A stretch of DNA of 64,000 nt from Rhizaria sp. SCN 62-66 (lineage: Eukaryota): positions 1 through 64,000 of the forward strand of contig MEDY01000099.1 of assembly GCA_001724265.1 (NCBI GenBank), written 5' to 3'. The notes beneath the pieces were generated by a model. The model was not told where the DNA came from and did no database searches. It was given only the letters and a program-made list of their open reading frames with translations. The position numbers and the translations under genes are program-made. This document shows, in pieces, positions 1-9,366 of this stretch (position 1 is its first letter; every line of letters begins with the position of its first letter).

Positions 1-3000
1 CGCACGCGGTGCGCGGCGGCGCCGGCGTCGGCCGCGTCGTCCAGCGCCGCCGCAGCCGCCGCGCGCTCGCGCCGGGCGCTCTCGAGCGTGGCGGCCGCGG
101 CGGCGCGCGCCTCGGCGGCCGCGGTGACGGCCTCCGCGCGCATCTCAGCCTCCGCCGCACGCGCCTGCGCGTCCTGGGCCTGGCGCAGCGCGGCGCGCGC
201 AGTGGCGTCGCTAGCGCGGGCCGCGGCCTCGGCGGCGCGCTGGGCGTCCTCGGCCTCGCCGCAGCGCGCCGCCCAGTCGGACAGAGCGGCCTCGCCCGCG
301 GACAAGCGCGCAGCAGCGGATGCGGCCGCGCTCGTCGCCTCTGCGACCGCCTCGGCGGCCGAGGCGGCGTCGGCCGTGGCGGCGACGACGACGGCGTCGA
401 GCGCGGCAGTGGTCTCGGCCAGCTCGCTGCGGACTTGCGCAAACCCCGCCTCCGCGCTCGCCGCGGCGGCTGCGGACGCAGCGGCGGCGTCGCGCGCGGC
501 GGCCAGCTCGTCCTCGGTCGCGCAAAGCTGCGCTTCGAGCGCGGCCAGCGCCTCTGCGCTCTCGCGCGACTGCCGCTGCTGCTGCGCGTTGTGCCACTCG
601 TGGCCCTCCGCTGCAGCGGCCGCCACGGCACCCACAGTCGCGGCCGCGGTCGCAGCCGCAGACTCGGCCGCAGCAGCGCCCGCCAGCTCAGCAGCCACGG
701 TCGCAGAGTCCGCCTCGGCAGCCCGCGCCTCAGCGGCCGCAGCGCGAGTCTCTAAAGCGGCAGCGCGTGTCTCCGCAGCGGTCGCACGCGTCTCCGCAGC
801 GGTCTCGCGGGCCTCAGCAGCGCGCAGCGCGCTGTCATTGACGAGTGCTACAGTCTCTGCAGCGCTATTAGCAGCGCGCGTTGCGCTCTTGGCGTCGGTC
901 AGCGCCTTGCGGGCGTCAGCAACCTCGTCTTGCGACGCCTCAAGCTCGCTGCGCACGCGCGCCGCGTCGTCTTGCGCGCGCCTGGCCTCCGCCGCGACAC
1001 GCGCCAGTTCGCTCTGCGCGTGCGCGAGGTCGTTGCGCAGACGGGCCAGCTCGGCACGCAGCGCAGTCGCCTCGCTCTCAACCGCGCGGCCCACAGTGCG
1101 CGCTGTGTCGGTCTCCACGCGGCCCATCTCGGCCTCAGCGCGTGTGCGTTCGGCGTACACGCGCGCGGCCGCGGCCTCCGCGCTCGCGGATTTAACCGCG
1201 GCGCGCGCGTCTTCGAGCTCAACGCGCGTTGTTGAAGTCTCAGCGCGTGCGGCCGCGGTCTCAGCGCGCGCGGTGGCGAGCAGGTCAGCCAGCTCGGCGC
1301 GCGCCGCCTCCGTGCGCGAGGCCGCGGCCTCGGCCTGAGTGCGCGCCTCGCTCGCTGCAACGGTCTCGGCCCCCGCGGCGGCCAGCGCGGCGGCGGCAGC
1401 GTGCAGCTGCGACTGGAGTGACTGCACGTACTCCTCGTGCGCGCCCGCACCGCGCGCCGCGGCGGACTCAGCGGCAGCCTGCGCAGTGCGCGCGGCCGCC
1501 GCGCTCTCCTTGGCGGCCGCGGCCTCGGCACGCGCGGCGGCGGACTCGGCGCGCGCGACGATGGCGTCTTCCTTGGCGGCCTCGGTCTGCGCGCGCGCGG
1601 CGGCGGCGTCGGCCCTGGCGGCGGCGGCGGCTTCCTTGGCGGCCGCGGTCTCCGCAGCGGCCTTGCGGCTCGCGACGGCCAGCGCGGCACAGCGCTCGCG
1701 CAGCGCGGCGGCCTCGCGCGCGTCCTTGCGCGCCTGCTCAGCAGTCACCTCAAGCGAGAACGACTGAAGCGCGGCCGAGCGGCCTGCCGCGGCTTCCTCC
1801 GCCGCCGCCGCTCGCGCGCTCGCGCCCGCCAGCCCGGCGTGCAGCTCCTCAGCCGCCGCCTCCGCCGCAAGCGCGCGCTGCGCAGCTTCAGAGGCAGCGG
1901 CGCGCGCGGCGTCAACAGCAGCGCGCGAGGCCGCGGCGTCAACAGCGCTGGTGTCGAGCCGGGCACGGAGGAACGAAAGCTCGCCCTCGAGCCGAGCGCG
2001 CTCGGCCGCCTGGCTCTGTTGCAGCGCGGCCTCGCTGTGCTGGAGCGCGGCCTCGGTCTGTCGCAGCGCCGCCTGCGCAGCCGCGGCGTCGGCACGCGCC
2101 GCTGCCTGCGCAGCCGCCTGCAACTGCACTTGCGCCTGTGCCTGTGTCTGTTGAGACTGGGCCTGCGCCTGCGCGACCGCGGCAGTGACGACTGCGGCGG
2201 CGGTTGACTCTGCGACAGCCACTGCGGTCTCAGCAGCGGCGGCGCGGTCGCCGGCCACGGCGGTTTCCGCGCGCAGAGAGCTGTTGAGCGCAGTCACAGC
2301 GCGGAGGCGCGAGCGGAGCGCCTCTGCTTCAACGGCTGCGGCGGCCGCGGCGGCTGTGGCGGCGGCAGCGGGGAACGAGGCGGACGCAAACGACACGTCC
2401 GCCGGCTGTTGCTGTTGCTGTTGCTGTTGCTGTAAGATTGTCGTTTCCAGTGCATCTATACGCGCCAGGAGGCGCCGTTGCTCCTCTTCACGAGCCTCAC
2501 GGGCCCCAGCCTCAGTCTCAGCCGCAGCGGCAGCAGCGGCAGCGGCAGCGGCAGCGGCGGCAGCGGCAGCGTTGCGCCGTAGAGACTGCTGCGACTGCGC
2601 GTGTTGCTCTGCCGATTGCGCGAGCGAAAAAGGCGGCGGATACTCCCCATCGCCGTCCACGTCTCCACTTGCGTCAACTGTGGCCGCTGACCGCGTCGTA
2701 GCAGCGGGCGCCCTGTGGCTTCGGGCGGCCTGCGACAGCGCGGCCGCGGCGTCCGCCATCGCCGCCGCCGCCGCCAGCGTCGCGTTGGCCGCCGCGGCAG
2801 CCGCGCCGTCAGTCGCGGACACGGACGGTGTCAGCGGCGGCACAGGCGGTCCAGTCACAGTCCCGGCCCCAATCGCAGTCGCAGTCGCCGTAGCCGGCCC
2901 CGTTTCTGCTGCCGCCTGCGGGGCGAGAGAGTTCGGCAGCGCATAGCCCGCGGCGGCACGGTCTCTGTCCGCGGCCTGGTACACCGCGGCGGCGGCGGCG

Positions 3001-3839
3001 GCGGCTGCAGCGGCAGCAGCGGCGGCGGTCGCCGACTGTGGCTGCTGATGCTGTTGCTGCTGATGCTGCTGGCCGTGCGACTGAGGGTGAAGCAGTGCGG
3101 ACAGCGGCGTAGCGGCCGCGCGCATAGGCGTGGCCGCCGCAACGGCGGCAGAGGCGGCGGCAAGCGCGGCGTCGGAGTGCCGCGGGCGCGCGAAGGCCGC
3201 GTTGGCCGCGGCGGCCGCGGCGGCGGCAGCGGCGGCGGCCGAGGCGGAGACGGCGGCAGCGGCGGGGTACGGCGCGCCGGGCGTGGCGTACACGGGGGGC
3301 GCGGCGCCGAAGAACGAGTTATCCGCACCAGGCGTGCCGAACCCGTGCCCGTGCGCGAAGCTGTGGCTGTGGCTGCGCGCCGGAGTCACCGCGGAGTGCT
3401 GCTGCTGCTGCTGAGGCTGCTGCTGAGGCTGGCCGCCGGCGCCGAGCACGGAAAGGTTGTGGCGGTGGCGGGCGACAATCATCGCCACGTTGAACGGCGT
3501 CATCGTCGCGTTATGAGAACCTGCCGCGGTGAACGACGCGTTCAGACCGCCAGCACCCGCGGCCCCCGCGGCAGCGGCAGCAGCGGCGGCAGCGGCGGCG
3601 GACGAAGCTGAGTATGCTGGGGACGCGGGGGTGCGCGGGCGGTCCTGAGGGTTGCGCAGAGGCGTGGAGTAGCGCAAAGGCGTGCCCTGTGACGTAGGGT
3701 ATGGGTTCTGTGATGAGAGGAGCAGGCTGCGGCGGGCGGTGCTGTCACCAACGCTGTTGCTGCTGTTGCTGCTGCTGATGCCACTGTTGACACCTCCGGC
3801 GCCGGCGCCGCTGGGGGCGCCAGGACCGTACGGGTACAT
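1..3839 (-). CDS. Long Ala/Glu/Arg-rich coiled-coil protein, 3' end beyond window (at least 1279 aa)
   Basis: Hand translation from ATG at 3839 (MYPYGPGAPSGAG...) is in the same frame as the codons at the window edge (...LESARRERAAAAAALDDAADAGAAAHRV). It has a low-complexity N-terminus, a poly-Q tract near 2406-2432, then heptad-like A/E/R/L sequence. It is absent from the ORF track, consistent with no stop inside the window. No family recognised. Confidence 0.85.
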   Translation of the reverse strand, partial: MYPYGPGAPSGAGAGGVNSGISSSNSSNSVGDSTARRSLLLSSQNPYPTSQGTPLRYSTPLRNPQDRPRTPASPAYSASSAAAAAAAAAAAGAAGAGGLNASFTAAGSHNATMTPFNVAMIVARHRHNLSVLGAGGQPQQQPQQQQQHSAVTPARSHSHSFAHGHGFGTPGADNSFFGAAPPVYATPGAPYPAAAAVSASAAAAAAAAAAAANAAFARPRHSDAALAAASAAVAAATPMRAAATPLSALLHPQSHGQQHQQQQHQQPQSATAAAAAAAAAAAAAAVYQAADRDRAAAGYALPNSLAPQAAAETGPATATATAIGAGTVTGPPVPPLTPSVSATDGAAAAAANATLAAAAAMADAAAALSQAARSHRAPAATTRSAATVDASGDVDGDGEYPPPFSLAQSAEQHAQSQQSLRRNAAAAAAAAAAAAAAAAAETEAGAREAREEEQRRLLARIDALETTILQQQQQQQQQPADVSFASASFPAAAATAAAAAAAVEAEALRSRLRAVTALNSSLRAETAVAGDRAAAAETAVAVAESTAAAVVTAAVAQAQAQSQQTQAQAQVQLQAAAQAAARADAAAAQAALRQTEAALQHSEAALQQSQAAERARLEGELSFLRARLDTSAVDAAASRAAVDAARAAASEAAQRALAAEAAAEELHAGLAGASARAAAAEEAAAGRSAALQSFSLEVTAEQARKDAREAAALRERCAALAVASRKAAAETAAAKEAAAAARADAAAARAQTEAAKEDAIVARAESAAARAEAAAAKESAAAARTAQAAAESAAARGAGAHEEYVQSLQSQLHAAAAALAAAGAETVAASEARTQAEAAASRTEAARAELADLLATARAETAAARAETSTTRVELEDARAAVKSASAEAAAARVYAERTRAEAEMGRVETDTARTVGRAVESEATALRAELARLRNDLAHAQSELARVAAEARRAQDDAARVRSELEASQDEVADARKALTDAKSATRAANSAAETVALVNDSALRAAEARETAAETRATAAETRAAALETRAAAAEARAAEADSATVAAELAGAAAAESAAATAAATVGAVAAAAAEGHEWHNAQQQRQSRESAEALAALEAQLCATEDELAAARDAAAASAAAAASAEAGFAQVRSELAETTAALDAVVVAATADAASAAEAVAEATSAAASAAARLSAGEAALSDWAARCGEAEDAQRAAEAAARASDATARAALRQAQDAQARAAEAEMRAEAVTAAAEARAAAAATLESARRERAAAAAALDDAADAGAAAHRV

Positions 3840-4656
3840 CGCAAATAGACGCCTGGGCGCTCGCTTAGCGCTAGATACAGAACGCTGTAGGGCTTGTGTT
3901 CAACCGAATGTCCTGAAAACGGCTGTGGGTGCGTTGAGACAGAGCCACGTACACGTCGCTTATTTGGAGTGGAGGAGAGAGACTGGGAGTGGACCCCAGT
4001 GACAAGGAAGATTACTGGATGAGACGAAATTGAAATTATAAGTGTAATACACCATATTAAACAAGATATGTGCGTTGTGCATTTACTGTGGTGACGGTGT
4101 ATCTCTTCCAAGCCATGATATGATTGACTCGCCTTCACTGCCCAGCCAGCCTTGCACCGCGAGCCGTTGAGCCTGAAGGCTCGAATCTTGTATTAAAATG
4201 AACTGTCATGGAAAAAACACGCGTGCTACGAAGACCATCTTAAGTGATTCGAATTGCCTTTGAAGTAATCTCAAATATATTTTTAGAAAAATGCTATCAG
4301 CCATTGATTCAACGACACTCTATACACTCGAAACTTCGGCGCCGCGTGTGCGTGCAGAAGCCAGTCGACCTTTGCTTATTTACCGTGTAGCTCCTGGCAG
4401 CTTCTCTCAGATGATACCTAGTGTTTTAATGTAGAAGATTTATGGGTTTTTTGTTCCTAAGTTGCGTGATTTTTTTCCTCGTCGAGCTATCTTTCTCTAC
4501 TACGACTTCATAACTCACGCACCTCACCTCACCTCCGAATCTCCATCCCGCCCTTTCGCGCCTCCCGCTCATCAGCCTTTCTAGTCAAGTCTACACAGAT
4601 TTCAGTTTGTTGGCACCGCGCACTCCAGCCTCTCCTTCCCTTTTTTGCGTGAACCG

Positions 4657-7600
4657 ATGAGCTCCTGGCGCCGCGACGCGCGTGCTGCCCCGGCAGCGGC
4701 CGCTTCCACCCGCGCCACCAACTCCACACGCGGCAAACGCGCGCTGTCCTCCGCAGCCCCCGCCGAGCGCGGCGACGACACCAGCGGGTCCGACGGCAGT
4801 GACGCAGACCGCGCGACGGGCGCAATGGGCGGCGTCAAGCGCACGCGCCGCGCCGACGCCCTCCGCCCCAGCGCCGCGGAGAGCGCCCGCGCCCGCGTTG
4901 CCAACCGCAGCCGCGACCTCGACCGCGACGACGAGGACGAGGAGGATGACGAGCACGGTGGTGACGGCGCCGACGGGAGCAGCCGCGCGACACGCCGCAA
5001 GGTCCGCACGCGCACGCGCACGCGCACGGCGAGCCGCGACCCGGCTGCGGTGGCGGCGGCAGCGGCGTCGCCTGCTGCGGCGACGTCGTTCACGGCCAAG
5101 ATCACCTCGTTCCTCGGGCTCGGCTGGGGCAGCAGCAACAGCAGCAGCAACAACAACGCGGCGGACCGCGGCGGCGAGCAGGGCGAGGACGAATCGCGCA
5201 CTGACACTGGCTCCGGCACTGACGACCGCCGCCGGTCACGCTCGTGCTCACAGTCGCCGTCTCGTTTGCAATCTCAATCACGGTCGCGCTCGCAGTCGGC
5301 CGCCAACTCAGACTCCGGCTCCGGCTCTGGTTCTGGCTCTGAGCAGGCTGCATCGAGCGACAGCGCAGTCGCCGCCGCCGCTGCTGGCGCTGTTGCCGAG
5401 GCCGTCGACGGGATTGAGTCGACCAGCCCGTACAGCCGCAGCCGCAGCCGCAGTCGTGCGCGCTCCGGCTCGCAGTCGCGGTCGCGCTCGCGGGCTCCGT
5501 CCGCGGTGGTCGAGAGCGCGGGCTCCAGCGCACGCAGCGCGATCGAGCTCAGCGACAGTGATAGCGAGACGGGGAGAGCGGGCGCGAGCGGTGACGAGAG
5601 TGACGTCGAGTCCAGTGACAACGAGGGCGACGGCCGCAGCGGCAGCGGCAGAGACAGAGACGGGCACAGGCGCGAAGGTGGCTCGAGCGGTGACGAAGAC
5701 GACGACGAGGCTGAGAGCGAAATCGACTCACGCAGCCGCAGCCACAGCCGCCGCGCCAGTCACAGTGCCAGTCATAGGCGCAGTCGCAGGGCCAGTGGGA
5801 GTGGGAGTGGGAGTGGTGACGAAGACAGCGAGTTCAGCAGTAGTGAGATCGAAGACGTCGACGTGAGCTTCCACAACACGCCCGCGAAGCCCGAGAAGCC
5901 TGCCCGCTCGCGCGCGCTCGCCGCCGGCGGTGGCAACGGCGCCACGGCTGAGGGCGCGCTGCTGCTCGGCGACACCAGCGACGACGACGATGCCGCCGCT
6001 GTGAATGCTGCAGCGGACGCGGCGGCGCGGTGGGCGAGTCCGCGTCTGCAGGCGGCGCTGCGCGAGGCCGCCGAGGCAGACTCAGCAGACGAGCGCGACA
6101 GTAACGCAGTCAAGAGCAAGAGCCAGGGTCAGGGTCAGGCTAAGGGCAAGTCTGCGACGGTGGTGACTGGTGACCGTAAGTCCGCGCGCGTCGCGAGCGT
6201 GTCGCGCTCGATCAGCCCGCCGAAACCGCGCGCGCACGACGGCGACAGCGACGGAGACGGCGATGGTGTCGGTGAGCACCGCGGAAACGGCGAAGGCAGG
6301 CGGAGAGGCCGCCGCGGCGGGTGGCTATCCCGCGCCTTCTCGGGGCTACGCGGCGTCTTCAGCTGGGGCGCTGTCGGCGATGGCGACGGCGACGGGAACG
6401 GGGGCAGCGGCGACAGCAACAGCAACGCGGACGGTCAGGAGCGCGACGGTCACAGCAACAGCAACAGCAACAGCGGCAAGCCCTTCGCCGAGACTGGTTC
6501 TGGGGCGCAGACTGCGTCGTCATCGTCGTCTTTCTCAGTGTCTTCGATCTCGGACCGATCGTTCGACGGGAACGCGCGGCCCACGATCGACTCACAGGCC
6601 GCACGGGCGGCAACACCAGCCGCCGCGGCCGCTGGCTCCACCCGTGCCTCCGCCTCCGCTTCAGCCTCTGCGTCAGGCTCGGGCTCGGGCTCTGGGGCTG
6701 GTTCAGTGTCCGCCTCAGACGCACGCGGCTCGCAGCCGCCCAACGGCCAGGCACAGACCGGCGGTTCCGGCTCCAGCTCATCCTTTTCGCTGTTCGGATT
6801 GTTCCGCAGCAAGGGCGCCACCACTCCGTTGCCCGCGGACTCGCCCGCGCCGGCGCCGGTGCAGACGCCCGCCGGCGCCGCCGCCGTTGCGCCCGCCGTG
6901 GGCCGCCGCAAGAGTCTGCTCGCCTTTTACACCGGCGAGGCCGCCGACGGCAACGCGAACAACAACTCGAGCAACAACATCAGCAACAACAGCGGCAGCG
7001 GCTTCGGCGCTGCACCGCCGTCGTCCACGCGCGCCGCTGGCGACCGGGGGGGACTGACCGCAGCGGATTCCGAGGGCGACGACGACGATGCGTTCGCGCG
7101 CGCGTGTGCCCGGTCGCGCTCACTACCGCCCGCGGGCACCGGCGGCGGCGACGACTCGGACGACGTCTCCGGCGACGACAACGACGGTTTCATTGCAATT
7201 TCGCCCGGCGCGACGCTGCTGAACCGCTACCACGTCATCGACCGCGCTGGTAAGGGTACATTCGGCTCCGTGCTCGACGTTTACGACACGGTGCGCCGCC
7301 GCCGCATTGCGCTTAAGGTCGTGCGTTCCGTCAAGCGCTACCTCGACGCGGCCAAGACTGAGGTCGACATCGTTATGCGGCTGCAGGAGCGCGATCCCGC
7401 CGGCGAGTCCGGTTGCGTCCGTCTGATGAAGCACTTCACGATGGACTTCGCGGGACAGCGCCACATGTGTCTCGGCTTTGAAAAGCTCGGTCTGTCACTG
7501 TACTCGTTCAGCAAGCGCAACGCGCACCGCGGCTTCCGGCTCTGCGACGTGCGCGCGATCTCGTTCCAGCTGCTTGTGTCGCTCGCGTACTGCCATCAGA

Positions 7601-8934
7601 ACGGGCTCGTGCACACCGACCTGAAGCCTGAAAACATCCTGCTCGCGTCCTCGCACTACCGCGTCTCCCCTCTCGGCGAGCCCAGCCACGTCGAGGCGCT
7701 CGCACTCCTCCGCGCGCGCGCTGAGGAAGAAGCCGCCTCCGACTCAGCCTCGCGCTCGCGCTCGGGCTCCGCCTCGGGCTCGGGCTCACGGTCACGCTCT
7801 CGGTCGCACTCTGACTCACGCTCCCGGTCACGCTCGCGGACGCGGTCCACCTACGGCGACGACGGCGGCAGCGGCGACGACGACAAGAGCGAGCGCAAGA
7901 GCCAAGACAGCAACAACGACAATGACGGCGGCAGGGACTCCAAGAACGATAGTAAGGATAGCAAGGTCACGCCCGCCGCGTACCGCGTTCCCGAGTCCGT
8001 CTCCGTGCGTCTGATCGACTTCGGCGCGGCGACATTCCCGGAGCACCGACACCCGGCCGTGATCGCCACGCGGCAGTATCGCGCACCAGAGGTCGTGCTC
8101 AACCTGGGCTGGTCCTACCCGTCCGACCTGTGGTCCGCCGCGTGCATCATGCTCGAGCTTTTCACCGGCGACCTGCTTTTCGCCACGCACGACGATATGG
8201 AGCACCTGGCGCTGATGGAGCGCGTTCTGCAGCGCAAACTGCCCGAGCACATGCTCTCACACGCCATGACGCGCAACAAGACGCCCATCGTGCCCCGCGC
8301 GCGCGGCGCCCCGTCGGCGCACCCGCCGCGCGACTGGGACGTCCCGCGACCGCGCTCGCGCTCGACACTGCGCGCGGACATGCTCGTGCGCGCCGACGCG
8401 CCCGCGCTGCGCTGGCCCGAGAACGCGGTCGACTCGCGCTCTTTCTACGTCGTTAAGGAAGCGCTCACGCTGCGCGAGAGCGTCTTTGCGGGCGCCGAGC
8501 TTACGAAGCCCACTGGCGAGCCGTTGCCTGATGTTGGCTCCACGCCCGTGCCTGCACGCATTACCCGCGCCGCCGCCGCCGCCGCTGCCGCGAACTCGAC
8601 CGGTACCGGCGCCTCCATGAGCAACTCTGCCGTGAACGCGAGTGCGACTGTGGGCTCGGGCAGTGTCTCGGCGGCCAACAACGAGCCTGCGTATGGCCCC
8701 GCCGCGGCGTCGCGTGCGGACGGCGTTGCGCAGCATCACCCGTCCGTGGGCGAGCTGGCGAGTTTCTTTGACTTGCTCGACAAGCTGCTTGCGATGGATC
8801 CCGCGCGCCGGCCCTCAGCCAAAGCTGCGCTGGGACACCCGTTCTTCGAGCGGACGCGCGCGGAGGTTCAACCCGCGTCGTTTCTCTGGCAGAACGAGCC
8901 GCTGCCCGCGCACAAGTACTCGCAGTACGCGTGA
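4657..8934 (+). CDS. CLK: CLK/LAMMER-family dual-specificity protein kinase with long S/R/D-rich N-terminus (~1425 aa)
   Basis: GKGTFG loop, IALKVVR, HTDLKPENILL, LIDFG, IATRQYRAPE, DLWSAAC and the LAMMER signature EHLALMERVL (8200-8229). First ATG at 4657; ends TGA. Confidence 0.93.
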   Translation: MSSWRRDARAAPAAAASTRATNSTRGKRALSSAAPAERGDDTSGSDGSDADRATGAMGGVKRTRRADALRPSAAESARARVANRSRDLDRDDEDEEDDEHGGDGADGSSRATRRKVRTRTRTRTASRDPAAVAAAAASPAAATSFTAKITSFLGLGWGSSNSSSNNNAADRGGEQGEDESRTDTGSGTDDRRRSRSCSQSPSRLQSQSRSRSQSAANSDSGSGSGSGSEQAASSDSAVAAAAAGAVAEAVDGIESTSPYSRSRSRSRARSGSQSRSRSRAPSAVVESAGSSARSAIELSDSDSETGRAGASGDESDVESSDNEGDGRSGSGRDRDGHRREGGSSGDEDDDEAESEIDSRSRSHSRRASHSASHRRSRRASGSGSGSGDEDSEFSSSEIEDVDVSFHNTPAKPEKPARSRALAAGGGNGATAEGALLLGDTSDDDDAAAVNAAADAAARWASPRLQAALREAAEADSADERDSNAVKSKSQGQGQAKGKSATVVTGDRKSARVASVSRSISPPKPRAHDGDSDGDGDGVGEHRGNGEGRRRGRRGGWLSRAFSGLRGVFSWGAVGDGDGDGNGGSGDSNSNADGQERDGHSNSNSNSGKPFAETGSGAQTASSSSSFSVSSISDRSFDGNARPTIDSQAARAATPAAAAAGSTRASASASASASGSGSGSGAGSVSASDARGSQPPNGQAQTGGSGSSSSFSLFGLFRSKGATTPLPADSPAPAPVQTPAGAAAVAPAVGRRKSLLAFYTGEAADGNANNNSSNNISNNSGSGFGAAPPSSTRAAGDRGGLTAADSEGDDDDAFARACARSRSLPPAGTGGGDDSDDVSGDDNDGFIAISPGATLLNRYHVIDRAGKGTFGSVLDVYDTVRRRRIALKVVRSVKRYLDAAKTEVDIVMRLQERDPAGESGCVRLMKHFTMDFAGQRHMCLGFEKLGLSLYSFSKRNAHRGFRLCDVRAISFQLLVSLAYCHQNGLVHTDLKPENILLASSHYRVSPLGEPSHVEALALLRARAEEEAASDSASRSRSGSASGSGSRSRSRSHSDSRSRSRSRTRSTYGDDGGSGDDDKSERKSQDSNNDNDGGRDSKNDSKDSKVTPAAYRVPESVSVRLIDFGAATFPEHRHPAVIATRQYRAPEVVLNLGWSYPSDLWSAACIMLELFTGDLLFATHDDMEHLALMERVLQRKLPEHMLSHAMTRNKTPIVPRARGAPSAHPPRDWDVPRPRSRSTLRADMLVRADAPALRWPENAVDSRSFYVVKEALTLRESVFAGAELTKPTGEPLPDVGSTPVPARITRAAAAAAAANSTGTGASMSNSAVNASATVGSGSVSAANNEPAYGPAAASRADGVAQHHPSVGELASFFDLLDKLLAMDPARRPSAKAALGHPFFERTRAEVQPASFLWQNEPLPAHKYSQYA

Positions 8935-9366
8935 GTATGAGTTCAGGCTTGGGCGCGAGTGCGTGACATGACTCGTGCATTCACTGTATGACGCGTCAAA
9001 AGTTCAATTTTAATACTACACTATACCTAGCAATAATGATACACACAATAGTTAATATCCAGAATAATAAACCATTTTATTACCTACTTTTGACACAACT
9101 GACGAAAGGTTATTTCCAGGGCGGCCGGAGTAACTATATGGTAAACGAAAGAATACACATTGTATTCAAAAAGAAATTGTTGCAGTTTATGCCTCTGTCT
9201 GAAAGTTACAAATAAATGACATTGTGCATCTCAAACAATAAAAACAAAATACATAGGCGTTGGCTTTGACCGGGAGCCAGTGGCAACACTCGGGCAGTGC
9301 CGCATAAAGTTTGAAGCTGATGAGTGTCGCGAGGACTTCTCGCTCAGCCCACGCTCAACTCATCGC

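Noticed and set aside
88-1338. Long plus-strand Ala/Ser-rich ORFs (also 2185-2946 and others)
   Set aside because: Antisense shadows of the minus-strand coiled-coil gene; GC-rich codon usage removes stops on the opposite strand.
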